Assembly: GCA_964427205.1 (NCBI GenBank)
Contig: CAYRTE010000022.1
Span: 1,461 to 65,460 of the forward strand
Source of the DNA: an uncultured Caulobacter sp.
GTDB taxonomy: Bacteria > Pseudomonadota > Alphaproteobacteria > Caulobacterales > Caulobacteraceae
Direction of reading: 5' to 3'
Length of the DNA: 64,000 nt
Each line of letters opens with the position of its first letter. Position 1 is the stretch's first letter. The notes under the pieces are model-generated. The model was not told the origin of the DNA. It made no database searches and saw only the letters and a program-made list of their open reading frames with translations. Positions 11,609-21,710 of this stretch are shown here, piece after piece. A program made the translations under genes and the position numbers.

Positions 11609-12240
11609 TCATGACTTCCAAGTTCCTGTCCGCGGCCGCTTCGGGCGTCGTCGCCATCGCCATGTCGACCAGCGCCATGGCCCAGACGGCTCCGGCCGCT
11701 CCGGCGATCTCGCACGGCGCGCCGATTGCGGGTGTCTGCATCTTCTCGAGCCAGCGCGCCGTCGGCTCATCGGCGGTCGGCAAGGCTGTCGACGCCCGTC
11801 TGAAGACCATCATCGCGCAAGTGAACGCCGAACTGACCGGCGAACGCACCACGCTCGACAACGAAGCCAAGGCGCTAGACGCCAAGAAAGCCACGATGGA
11901 TCAAGGCGTCCTTGAGCAACAGGCCGCTGGCCTGCAGGTCAAGGCCAACGCTTGGCAGCGCAAGGGCCAACTGCGCCAGAAGGAAGTCGAAGCCACCGAG
12001 CAGAAGGCCCTGTCGCGCGTCTATCAAGAACTCGATCCGGCCATCAAACAGGTCTATCAGCAACGCACCTGCGGCATGCTGGTCGACCGCGAGTCTGTGC
12101 TGCTGGCCAACCCGGCCATGGACATCACCGACGCCGTCGTCGTGGCCCTGGACGCTCGCATCAAGACCCTGACCTTCGACCGCGAACGTCTGGACCAACC
12201 GGCCGCAGGCGCTCAAGCTCTGACGCCGCCCAAGAAATAA
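11605..12240 (+). CDS. OmpH/Skp family periplasmic chaperone
   Basis: Signal peptide ending AMAQ and a coiled-coil Lys/Glu/Gln-rich body. ATGA overlap with the bamA stop. Conserved bamA-skp-lpxD position. Confidence 0.8.
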   Translation: MIMTSKFLSAAASGVVAIAMSTSAMAQTAPAAPAISHGAPIAGVCIFSSQRAVGSSAVGKAVDARLKTIIAQVNAELTGERTTLDNEAKALDAKKATMDQGVLEQQAAGLQVKANAWQRKGQLRQKEVEATEQKALSRVYQELDPAIKQVYQQRTCGMLVDRESVLLANPAMDITDAVVVALDARIKTLTFDRERLDQPAAGAQALTPPKK

Positions 12241-12288
12241 GCGAGTCGGCCCGGGCCACGTGCCCGGGCTCATCGCCGAGAGGACTAG

Positions 12289-13308
12289 ATGCCGGACCCA
12301 CGATTTTTCGAAGACATGGGTCCGGCGTCACTCCAGGAACTCGCGCGCCTTGGCGGGGTCGAACTGGCCGATGCAGGTCTTGGGTCGCGCTCCATCGCCC
12401 ACGTCGCGCCACTCGATTCCGCCGATGGGCGAGCCGTCAGCTTCTTCTCCGACGCCAAACGTCGTGACGCGGCCGCCGGCACCCAGGCCGGGGCCTGTTT
12501 CGTTCGTCCGGAGCACCGCGATCTCCTCGCGCCGGGTTGCGCGGCCCTGTTGACGGCGCATCCGCAAGCCGCCTGGGCGGCCGCGGCGATACGGCTGCAT
12601 AAGCCCCGCCGGCACGAACCGCTGTCGGCTTCCCTCCATCCCGATTGTGAACTGGAAGACGGCGTGCGGCTGTCACCCGGCGTGTCCGTGGGGCAGGGGG
12701 CGAGGATCGGCCGCGGAACCTATCTTTCGCCGGGCTGCGTGATCGGTCCAGGCGTCACTATCGGTCGTGATTGCCTGATCGGGGCCAACACGGTGATCGG
12801 CTTTGCGATCATCGGCGACAGGGTCAGCATCCATGCCGGCGCAGTGATCGGCGAGGCAGGCTTCGGCGCTGCTGGCGGACCACGGGGAATTGTCGACCTT
12901 CCCCAGCTTGGACGGGTGGTGATTCAGGATGGCGTCACCGTCGGCGCCAACAGTTGCATCGACCGGGGCGCCTTTGCCGATACGACGATTGGCGAGAACA
13001 CCAAGATCGACAATCTGGTGCACGTCGCGCACAACGTCCGTCTGGGTCGCAATTGCGTGCTGGCGGCCTATACAGGGCTTTCCGGCAGCACCGTCGTTGG
13101 CGACGGGGTGGCGTTCGGCGGCAAGGCCGGCGTCGCGGATCATTTGACCATCGGCTCGGGAGCGAGCATTGGCGCCGCCGCGTCGGTGTTCAAGGACGTG
13201 CCCGCGGGCGAAACATGGACAGGGTTTCCGGCGCGACCGCTCAAGCGGTGGCTCCGAGAGACCGCATGGCTGTCACGCATGGCGGGCGGCCGGGGAACAA
13301 GGGGCTAA
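12289..13308 (+). CDS. lpxD: UDP-3-O-acylglucosamine N-acyltransferase
   Basis: MPDPRFF N-terminus and left-handed beta-helix hexapeptide repeats (IGxxxxI/V pattern). Confidence 0.9.
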   Translation: MPDPRFFEDMGPASLQELARLGGVELADAGLGSRSIAHVAPLDSADGRAVSFFSDAKRRDAAAGTQAGACFVRPEHRDLLAPGCAALLTAHPQAAWAAAAIRLHKPRRHEPLSASLHPDCELEDGVRLSPGVSVGQGARIGRGTYLSPGCVIGPGVTIGRDCLIGANTVIGFAIIGDRVSIHAGAVIGEAGFGAAGGPRGIVDLPQLGRVVIQDGVTVGANSCIDRGAFADTTIGENTKIDNLVHVAHNVRLGRNCVLAAYTGLSGSTVVGDGVAFGGKAGVADHLTIGSGASIGAAASVFKDVPAGETWTGFPARPLKRWLRETAWLSRMAGGRGTRG

Positions 13309-13311
13309 GTA

Positions 13312-13787
13312 TGGGCCGAGACGTCGCCGAACCGGCGCAAACCGATATCGACATCGCCGAGATCCTGGCCAGGATTCCGCACCGCTATCCCTTCCTGCTG
13401 GTGGATCGCGCCGAGGACTATCGGCCGCACCAGTCGATCGTCGGCATCAAGTGCGTGACGATGAACGAGCCGTACTTCCAGGGCCACTTTCCGGGCAATC
13501 CCGTGATGCCTGGCGTGCTGATCGTCGAGGCCATGGCCCAGACCGGCGCGGTGTTGATGAGCAAATCGCTTGAGGTCGATACCGAGGGCAAGACCATCTT
13601 CTTCATGTCGATCGACGGCGTGCGCTTCCGCAATCCCGTGCGTCCCGGCGACGTGATCCGCATGGAGGTGGAAGTCACCCGCGCCCGCTCCAGCATCTTC
13701 AAGTTCAAGGGCGTGGCCAAGGTGGGCGACAAGGTCGCCGCCGAGGCCGAGTTCGCCGCCATGGTCGTGGAGACGCCGACCAAATGA
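13312..13787 (+). CDS. fabZ: 3-hydroxyacyl-ACP dehydratase
   Basis: [12 protein letters not shown] and [19 protein letters not shown] hot-dog motifs. ATG 13312 lies just after the lpxD stop. Confidence 0.95.
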
Positions 13788-14578
13788 CCACGATACATCC
13801 AACCGCCATCGTCGATCCTGGCGCGAGCCTTAGCGCCGACGTCGAGATCGGGCCGTTCAGCATCGTCGGACCGGACGTGACCCTGGCGGCCGGGGTGCGG
13901 CTGATGTCTCACGTGGTGATCGAGGGCGTCACGACCCTGGGCGAGGGGTGTGTGGTGCACCCGTTCGCCAACCTTGGCGGTCCGCCCCAGCACCTGGGCC
14001 ACAAGGGCGAGAAGACCGAACTGCGGATCGGCCCGCGCAATATCATCCGCGAACACGTCACCATGCACACCGGCACCGCGTCGGGCAAAGGCGTGACGGC
14101 CGTGGGCGCGGACGGCCTCTACATGGTCGGCTCGCACATCGCTCACGACTGCACTGTTGGCGACCATGTGGTGATGGCCAAGGGCGCGACCCTGGGCGGT
14201 CATGTCGCGATCGGTGACTTTGTGTTCATGGGCGGCCTGGCGGCGGCCCATCAGTTCAGCCGTATCGGCCGCTACAGCTTCATCGGTGGTCTGGCCGCCG
14301 TGACCAAGGACGTCATTCCCTATGGCTCGGTCTGGGGCAACCATGCCCACCTCGAAGGACTGAACCTGGTCGGACTGAAGCGCCGGGGCTTCTCGCGCGA
14401 GACGATCAACGCCCTGCGCGCCGCCTATCGACTGATGTTCGCCGACGAAGGCACCTTCCAGGAGCGCCTGGACGATGTCTCCGAGATCCACGCTGGCAAT
14501 GCCGAGGTCATGGAGATTGTCGATTTCATCCGCGCCGACGCCAATCGACCGCTTTGCCTGCCCGAACGCGAAGTCTAG
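13784..14578 (+). CDS. lpxA: Acyl-ACP:UDP-GlcNAc O-acyltransferase
   Basis: [15 protein letters not shown]-terminus and hexapeptide repeats. ATGA overlap with the fabZ stop. Confidence 0.95.
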   Translation: MTTIHPTAIVDPGASLSADVEIGPFSIVGPDVTLAAGVRLMSHVVIEGVTTLGEGCVVHPFANLGGPPQHLGHKGEKTELRIGPRNIIREHVTMHTGTASGKGVTAVGADGLYMVGSHIAHDCTVGDHVVMAKGATLGGHVAIGDFVFMGGLAAAHQFSRIGRYSFIGGLAAVTKDVIPYGSVWGNHAHLEGLNLVGLKRRGFSRETINALRAAYRLMFADEGTFQERLDDVSEIHAGNAEVMEIVDFIRADANRPLCLPEREV

Positions 14579-14587
14579 GCTCTTTCT

Positions 14588-15430
14588 ATGCGCAAGCTTG
14601 GTCTGATCGCCGGCGGGGGCGCGCTTCCCGTCGAACTGGCGGCCCATTGCGAGGCGGCCGGGCGCCCCTTCGCCGTGATGCGGCTGCGCAGCTTCGCCGA
14701 GCCGGCTCTTGGCCGCTACCCGGGCGTCGAGGTGGGCCTTGGCGAGTTCGGAAAGATCTTCAAGGCGCTGAGGGGCGAGGGCTGCGAGGTAGTCTGCTTC
14801 GCTGGCACCGTTGAGCGCCCCGATTTCGCGGCCATCATGCCCGACCTGCGCGGTGTCTCTGTTATTCCCGGCCTGATCAAGGCCGCGCGTCAGGGCGACG
14901 ATGCGCTGCTGCGCCGCGTGCTGCTTGAGTTCGAGAAGGAAGGCTTCGCGGTGGAGGGCGCGCACGAAGTCGTGGGCGAAATGACCCTGCCGCTGGGACC
15001 GCTGGGCGCTCATGAGCCCCGGCCTCAGGACGTGCCGGATATCGACCGCGCGCTTCTTGTGGCGCGTGAGATCGGCAAGCTGGATGTCGGGCAGGGGGCC
15101 GTGGTCTGCGAAGGTCTGGTGTTGGCGGTCGAGGCCCAGGAGGGGACCGACGCCATGCTTCGACGCGTCGCCGACTTGCCCCAGACCCTCCGCGGGTCCG
15201 CCGAAGATCGGCGCGGAGTCTTGGCCAAGGCGCCCAAGCCGATCCAGGAAACCCGGGTCGATCTGCCCACCATCGGCGTGGCCACCCTGCAACGGGCGGC
15301 GCGCGCTGGCCTGGCTGGTATCGTCGGTGAAGCTGGCCGCCTTCTGGTCGTGGACCGAGAGGCCGTGATCGCCTGCGCTGACGACCTTGGACTCTTCGTG
15401 CTGGGGGTTGAGCCCCAGGGCGCGGCGTGA
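14588..15430 (+). CDS. lpxI: UDP-2,3-diacylglucosamine hydrolase LpxI (DUF1009 family)
   Basis: 280 aa sitting between lpxA and lpxB, the diagnostic position of LpxI in alphaproteobacteria. Contains ...GQGAVVCEGLVLAVEAQEGTDAMLRR.... Confidence 0.8.
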   Translation: MRKLGLIAGGGALPVELAAHCEAAGRPFAVMRLRSFAEPALGRYPGVEVGLGEFGKIFKALRGEGCEVVCFAGTVERPDFAAIMPDLRGVSVIPGLIKAARQGDDALLRRVLLEFEKEGFAVEGAHEVVGEMTLPLGPLGAHEPRPQDVPDIDRALLVAREIGKLDVGQGAVVCEGLVLAVEAQEGTDAMLRRVADLPQTLRGSAEDRRGVLAKAPKPIQETRVDLPTIGVATLQRAARAGLAGIVGEAGRLLVVDREAVIACADDLGLFVLGVEPQGAA

Positions 15431-16605
15431 ACCGTCCGCTGACCATCATGCTGGTCGCGGCGGAGGCGTCCGGCGATTCTCTGGGCGCTGGCCTCGCCAG
15501 GGCCTTGAAGCGCCGTCTGGGCGATCAGGCTGTACGCTTCGTCGGGGTCGGCGGCGCAAAGATGGCCGCCGAGGGCATCGAGAGTCCCTTCGACATCGCC
15601 CAGCTGTCGATCATCGGCATCGTCGAGAGCCTCAGGGCCTATCCACGGGCGATGGCGCGACTGAAGGATACCCTGGCGCTGGCGGAGCGGGAAAAGCCCG
15701 ATGTCGCCGTTCTGATCGACTCGTGGGGGTTCAATATCCGGCTTGCCCACGCCCTGCGTCGACAAAGCCCCGCGCTGCCCCTCGTGAAGTATGTCGCGCC
15801 CCAAGTCTGGGCCTATCGGCCTGGCCGGGCCAAGGGTCTGGCCAAGGCCGTGGATTTGCTGCTGTCGATCCAACCGATGGACAAGCCGTTCTTCGACCGG
15901 GCTGGGCTCGAAAGCGTTTTCGTCGGCAATTCCGCCTTGGCCAAGGATTTCAGCAAAGCTGATCCGGCCCGGCTGCGTGGCGCAATAGGCGCACCCGCCG
16001 ACCAGCCTATCTTGCTGGTTCTACCCGGCAGCCGTCCCTCCGAGATTGAGCGGGTGATGCCGGTCTTCGAGGACGCCGTGCGCAGACTGAAGACGGGTCG
16101 CCCAAACCTCGCCGTGGTCGTGCCGGCTGCTTCCACCGTCGCCGAAGCCGTCAAGGCGCGCGTCGCTGGATGGCCGTTCCGCGCGCATGTGATCGAGGAC
16201 GAGGCGCTAAAGGATGACGCCATGGTCGCGGGAACGGTCGCCCTGGCCTGTAGCGGCACCGTGACCACCGAACTGGCTCTGGCCGGCTGTCCGATGGTGG
16301 TGGGATACCGCACGGGAACTATCACCTATGGCTTGCTGAAGTTGTTGTTCAAGCAGCGCTGGGTGACCCTGCTCAACATCGCGGCCGGCAAGGCGGTGGC
16401 GCCCGAATATCTGCAAGGGGCGCTGGAGGGGGAAGCCTTGGCGCGAGCCGTCGCTGTTCGATTGGACGATCCCGACCTCCGCGCTCAACAGATTGCCGAC
16501 CAGAGCGCCGCGCTTGAGCGAATGGGGCGTGGAATGTCCGACCCTTCGGAAGCCGCCGCCGAGGCTCTGTTGGCCTTTCTTGCCAAGGCGCGGCCGACGA
16601 ACTGA
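15427..16605 (+). CDS. lpxB: Lipid-A-disaccharide synthase
   Basis: GT19-type N-terminus IMLVAAEASGD, 392 aa. GTGA overlap with the lpxI stop. Confidence 0.9.
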   Translation: MNRPLTIMLVAAEASGDSLGAGLARALKRRLGDQAVRFVGVGGAKMAAEGIESPFDIAQLSIIGIVESLRAYPRAMARLKDTLALAEREKPDVAVLIDSWGFNIRLAHALRRQSPALPLVKYVAPQVWAYRPGRAKGLAKAVDLLLSIQPMDKPFFDRAGLESVFVGNSALAKDFSKADPARLRGAIGAPADQPILLVLPGSRPSEIERVMPVFEDAVRRLKTGRPNLAVVVPAASTVAEAVKARVAGWPFRAHVIEDEALKDDAMVAGTVALACSGTVTTELALAGCPMVVGYRTGTITYGLLKLLFKQRWVTLLNIAAGKAVAPEYLQGALEGEALARAVAVRLDDPDLRAQQIADQSAALERMGRGMSDPSEAAAEALLAFLAKARPTN

Positions 16606-16818
16606 CGCGCCTTCGGGGCTATGGCCGGCGCTCGACCGTGCCTACGGCCTCCGGCCTCATGCTGCCTCTCAAGCTCGGCGCAAGCGACTTCGTTTGCCAG
16701 GTTGCGGAAAACATGGATCCTGCAAGGCGCGCATCTGCGGCTAGAGGACCACGGCGCCGACGCCGACCTGGACTCGGGCTATGGTGCGTTTCGTGGTCCA
16801 TGAGGCTGGAGACCCGCT

Positions 16819-18501
16819 TTGGCGATCGATCCGGTAGCCCCCGCAGCACCCATCTCGCCGGTTCGGGCGACAGGGAGTTCGCCTGAGCTCGCGACGGCCC
16901 TGTCCGCGCTCGCCCGCGCCGCCCAGGCCAACAACATATCGACGCTTGGTCAGATCGTCGGAGCCGCGCACGCGGAAGCTCATACGCCGACCGGCGCGGC
17001 TTCATCCCCGGTGCGCGATGCTGGCGCCGCGGCGTCGGGTGGGGAACATCTCGTTGCGCCATCCGCGCCATCGGCCGAACCCTCTGCGGGTGACCGGCTG
17101 GCCGCGGCCGTGCGATCGGCGGCGGCTCTCGCGGCGCCGGTCCAATCAGGCTTGGCGCCGATAATGGCGGATATCGAGGCGGCGGTCGTCAGACCTGAAA
17201 CGCCTCAGGCGGTGCGTCAGGCGGCCAGGGCCGTGCTCGAAAGCGCCATGCCGACAGATCGACCGATGACCTCAGCGCTTGTTCGTAACGCCGTCCAGGG
17301 CTCGGGCGTCTTCATGGAGGCCCGTCTGGCGCGAGCCGCGGTGGCCGAGCCCGTGTCGATCCCGTCTGCGTCCGGCGACATGAAGGCGGCGTTGCTGGTG
17401 TTTCGCGCAGTGGTCTCGACCTGGGTGGCCAAGACACCGGGGATCGAGCCGGATCCGTCGCGAATGCCTTCCGCCTCTGGCGGTAACGCCGCGACGGTGC
17501 GGTCAGGCCCCGAGGTTGGCGCGGTCTATACGCAGAGCGGCTCAGTCTCCCCAGCCCCCGGTCAGGGCGGCGCTCACATCGACCCACAACACCGCGCCGT
17601 CGCGGAATGGAACACGGGGCCGGGTCGGCCGCCGGTTCCCGATCCACCTGTCGCGACAGATCTCTCGCTGCGAGCGCGGTCGGCTATCCCCGGGGGCGGC
17701 GCACCATCGCTGCCGGCGCCGACTATCGAACAGAACCTGCCCGCGCCAGTCCTCTCCGCCCAGGGGTCTCGCATCGCGGCGCCCCCCCCGGCTCAGCCTT
17801 TTCTGATGGTGGGAATGATCGAGGACGAGGTCGTCGAGCCGCCCCCGCTTGTGGAGCAGGATGAAGCGAACCTGGCCCGCGATCCTCGGTCAGCAGGCCT
17901 CGCGATGGCGCCACGAGCCTCTTCCAGACCCCCGCCGCCCTATGCGGGTGGTCCTACATCAGCTCAGGCGGCCGTCCTCTCGGATTTGCCGGGGGATCTG
18001 CCGCCGGCCGAACTGGCGCGGCGTCTATTGAAGGGCGTCGATGGCGCCATCGCGCGCCAGGAACTCTCGCAGATCGCCTCGCTACCGGAGCCGCGCGGCG
18101 AGGCAGAGCGGCCGACCGAGAGTAAGGTTTCGCGGTGGGTGTTCGATCTGCCATTTCAGACCCCTCATGGCATTGCGGTCTCGCAGTTCGAGATCAGCCG
18201 CGATGGGGGAGGCGGAGGGACCGACGCTGGACGCGAGATCGAGCGAACCTGGCGCGCCCGCTTCTCGCTCGATGTGGAACCACTGGGGCCGGTCCACGTC
18301 CAGATCGCGCTGACAGGCGCCTGCGCGCGGGTGGGTCTGTGGGCAGAGAGACCGGACGCGATGGCGCGGCTTCAAGCGGGGGAAGCGGCCTTGAGCGCCG
18401 CCCTTCGAGAGGCCGAACTGTCGCCCGAAGTCGCCTTCCATGCCGGCGCCCCCGCTATGGCCGCGCCCGCGCCAGGCCGCTTCGTGGATCGGGCGTCATG
18501 A
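16819..18501 (+). CDS. Ala/Pro-rich protein with FliK-like (flagellar hook-length control, T3S4-type) C-terminal domain
   Basis: The C-terminal ~110 aa (...FSLDVEPLGPVHVQIALTGACARVGLWAERPDAMARLQAGEAALSAALREAELSPEVAFHAG) follow the FliK C-terminal pattern. The rest is low-complexity. TTG is the only in-frame start, so the 5' end is uncertain. Confidence 0.55.
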   Translation: MAIDPVAPAAPISPVRATGSSPELATALSALARAAQANNISTLGQIVGAAHAEAHTPTGAASSPVRDAGAAASGGEHLVAPSAPSAEPSAGDRLAAAVRSAAALAAPVQSGLAPIMADIEAAVVRPETPQAVRQAARAVLESAMPTDRPMTSALVRNAVQGSGVFMEARLARAAVAEPVSIPSASGDMKAALLVFRAVVSTWVAKTPGIEPDPSRMPSASGGNAATVRSGPEVGAVYTQSGSVSPAPGQGGAHIDPQHRAVAEWNTGPGRPPVPDPPVATDLSLRARSAIPGGGAPSLPAPTIEQNLPAPVLSAQGSRIAAPPPAQPFLMVGMIEDEVVEPPPLVEQDEANLARDPRSAGLAMAPRASSRPPPPYAGGPTSAQAAVLSDLPGDLPPAELARRLLKGVDGAIARQELSQIASLPEPRGEAERPTESKVSRWVFDLPFQTPHGIAVSQFEISRDGGGGGTDAGREIERTWRARFSLDVEPLGPVHVQIALTGACARVGLWAERPDAMARLQAGEAALSAALREAELSPEVAFHAGAPAMAAPAPGRFVDRAS

Positions 18502-18764
18502 CCGCGCCCGTCGGCGGCGTTCGCGGTCCCGGCAAGATCGCCGTCGCCTTGCTGTATGAGGGCGCCGACGCCCCCAAGGTCGTCGCTTCAGGACAGGGCT
18601 GGCTTGGCGAAAAGATCGTCCAGACAGCGCGTGAGCACGGTGTGCCCATCGAGGAGAACCCCGCTTTGGCCCAGGCCTTGTCGACAATCGAGATCGACGA
18701 GGAGATCCCCGAGGCGCTCTATCGCGCGGTCGCCGAGATTCTCGGCTTCCTGCTCAAACCGTAG
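18498..18764 (+). CDS. FlhB/EscU/YscU C-terminal-domain-only protein (FlhB_CC-like)
   Basis: 88 aa. KIAVALLYEGADAPKVVASGQGWLGEKIVQTAREHGVPIEENPALAQAL...IPEALYRAVAEILGFL matches the FlhB segment after the NPTH cleavage site, with no TM region. ATGA overlap with the upstream ORF. Confidence 0.75.
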   Translation: MTAPVGGVRGPGKIAVALLYEGADAPKVVASGQGWLGEKIVQTAREHGVPIEENPALAQALSTIEIDEEIPEALYRAVAEILGFLLKP

Positions 18765-18773
18765 CGGGCAAAG

Positions 18774-18802
18774 AAAAAGCCCCGCCTTGCGACGGGGCTT
18801 TT
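18774..18802. terminator. Bidirectional intrinsic terminator between the FlhB-like gene (+) and gltA (-)
   Basis: aaaaagccccg-ccttgcga-cggggctttt: a 7-bp GC stem flanked by an A-run and a T-run. Confidence 0.7.
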
Positions 18803-18825
18803 CCAAGCTCGTTCTGGGCGACGCC

Positions 18826-20106
<1,281 letters not shown>

Positions 20107-20173
20107 GCGGGAAACCCCTTCATCGATGGAACGAGCAGTCCAAGTTTCATTTCGCGAGTGCGTTATAGGCGCC

Positions 20174-21595
20174 TCATGCGCGCACCACCAGCGCGTCGTC
20201 AAGACGGCCAAGTGTCTCGTCGCGACCGATGGCGGCCATGATCTTGTTAAGGTCGGGCGCCTGCGACCCTCCAGTCAGGATTCCGCGCAGCGACGGCCCG
20301 AATTTTCCAAAGCCGACGCCTTCGGATTCCGCGAAGGATTTCAACAGCGCTCCCAGATCTTCGACGTCCCAGACCGGGGTTTGGGCCAGGCGGTCGCGCA
20401 AGCGACGCAGGCGCTCGACCGTCTCTTCGGTCAGCTGTTTGGTGGTTTTTTCCTCAAGCGCGAACGGACGGATTTTCAGCGCGAAAGCACAGTGTTCAGC
20501 CAGTTCGAGGATGGTCTTGGCGCCTTCCTTGACCTGGGGAACAACGGCAAGCAAGCGCGCGGCCGCGTCGGACGGCAGGTTGGCGCCCTGGGCGATCAGG
20601 GCCTTCAGGACCAGGTCGGCCAGGCGGGCGTCATCGGCCAGGCGCAGGTGCTGGCTGTTGATGTGGTTGAGCTTGGCCCAGTCGAGTCGGGCCGGGGCCT
20701 TGACCACGTCCTTGACGTCGAACCACTCGATCGCCTGGGCGTCGCTGAACACCTCGTCGTCGCCATGGCCCCAGCCCAGGCGGGCCAGGTAGTTGCGCAG
20801 ACCTTCGGGGATATAGCCCATGTCGGCGAACTCGCCGACAGCCTGAGCGCCGTGGCGTTTGGACAGCTTGGCGCCGTCGGGGCCGTGAATCAGCGGGATG
20901 TGGGCAAACGCCGGCAGCTCCCAGTCCATGGCCTGATAGATCAGGGTCTGGCGCGCGGCGTTGTTGAGGTGGTCGTCGCCCCGGATCACGTGGGTAATGC
21001 CCATGTCGTGGTCGTCGACCACGACGGCGAGATTATAGGTCGGCGCCCCGTCGGCCCGCAGCAGGACCAGGTCGTCGAGGTCGGTGTTCTTGAAGGTCAC
21101 GGGACCCTTGACGAGATCGTCGACCAGGGTCTCGCCGTCGGCCGGCCCCTTGAAACGGATCACGTGCGGGGCCGACGGATCGGCCGGCGGCGGCGCGTCG
21201 CGCCAGGGCGAGCGGATGGCGTGGCCTTCGGCGCGGGCCTTTTCGCGGGCGACTTCCAGTTCCTCGACCGTCATCCAGCAGCGATAGGCGCGGCCGCGCT
21301 CCAGCAGTTGCTGGACGACCTCGGCGTGGCGCGGCGCGCGGGTGTGCTGGAACACCGGTTGCTCGTCCGACGTCAGCCCCAGCCAGTCGAGACCGTCGAA
21401 GATCGCCTGGACGGCGGCTTCGGTCGATCGTTCACGATCGGTGTCCTCGACGCGAAGAAGGAACTTCCCACCCGTATGGCGTGCATATAACCAGTTGAAC
21501 AGCGCTGTGCGCGCGCCGCCGATGTGCAGGAAGCCCGTGGGCGAGGGAGCGAAGCGCGTGACCACGGCGCGGTCGGTGGAGGAGGGGTTCGACAT
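20174..21595 (-). CDS. gltX: Glutamyl-tRNA synthetase
   Basis: Class I motifs: [17 protein letters not shown] (HIGH) and KLSKR (KMSKS). ATG at 21595. Confidence 0.95.
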   Translation of the reverse strand: MSNPSSTDRAVVTRFAPSPTGFLHIGGARTALFNWLYARHTGGKFLLRVEDTDRERSTEAAVQAIFDGLDWLGLTSDEQPVFQHTRAPRHAEVVQQLLERGRAYRCWMTVEELEVAREKARAEGHAIRSPWRDAPPPADPSAPHVIRFKGPADGETLVDDLVKGPVTFKNTDLDDLVLLRADGAPTYNLAVVVDDHDMGITHVIRGDDHLNNAARQTLIYQAMDWELPAFAHIPLIHGPDGAKLSKRHGAQAVGEFADMGYIPEGLRNYLARLGWGHGDDEVFSDAQAIEWFDVKDVVKAPARLDWAKLNHINSQHLRLADDARLADLVLKALIAQGANLPSDAAARLLAVVPQVKEGAKTILELAEHCAFALKIRPFALEEKTTKQLTEETVERLRRLRDRLAQTPVWDVEDLGALLKSFAESEGVGFGKFGPSLRGILTGGSQAPDLNKIMAAIGRDETLGRLDDALVVRA

Positions 21596-21710
21596 CGAAC
21601 TCAATGCTGAAAGGCTGGACGCCGCCGAGACGGCCGGGATCGCGCGCCGAGGCGCGGCTTGGGCGGCGCGTCTTAGCACGGCGCTTCGTGCGTGGCCTAG
21701 TCTGTCGACG

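Noticed and set aside
12771-13311. 338-aa ORF in the fabZ frame extending back over lpxD. Analogous upstream extensions exist for the FlhB-like ORF (18135-18497), dxr (6380-6523), cdsA (5574-5687), gltA (20107-20211), gltX (21596-21679), comEC (21342-21710), the GntR regulator (43963-44100) and the PEP-mutase-like gene (23686-23841).
   Set aside because: The extensions overlap neighbouring real genes, are Arg/Gly/Pro-rich, and each true family N-terminus begins at an internal ATG or GTG.
13418-15292. 624-aa ORF on the minus strand, the longest non-annotated ORF in the track
   Set aside because: It lies antisense to fabZ, lpxA and lpxI, all of which carry clear family motifs on the plus strand. 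Its translation is Arg/Gly/Ala/His-rich with no recognizable motif. Long stop-free antisense frames are expected in ~67 percent GC DNA.
16606-16818. Search for sigma-54 (TGGCAC-N5-TTGCA) or CtrA (TTAA-N7-TTAA) sites upstream of the FliK-like gene, as expected for Caulobacter flagellar genes
   Set aside because: TGGC-containing stretches (for example tggccggcgctcgac and tggcgatcgatccgg) do not have GC at the -12 position, and no TTAA-N7-TTAA is present. I cannot support a flagellar-class promoter from sequence alone.
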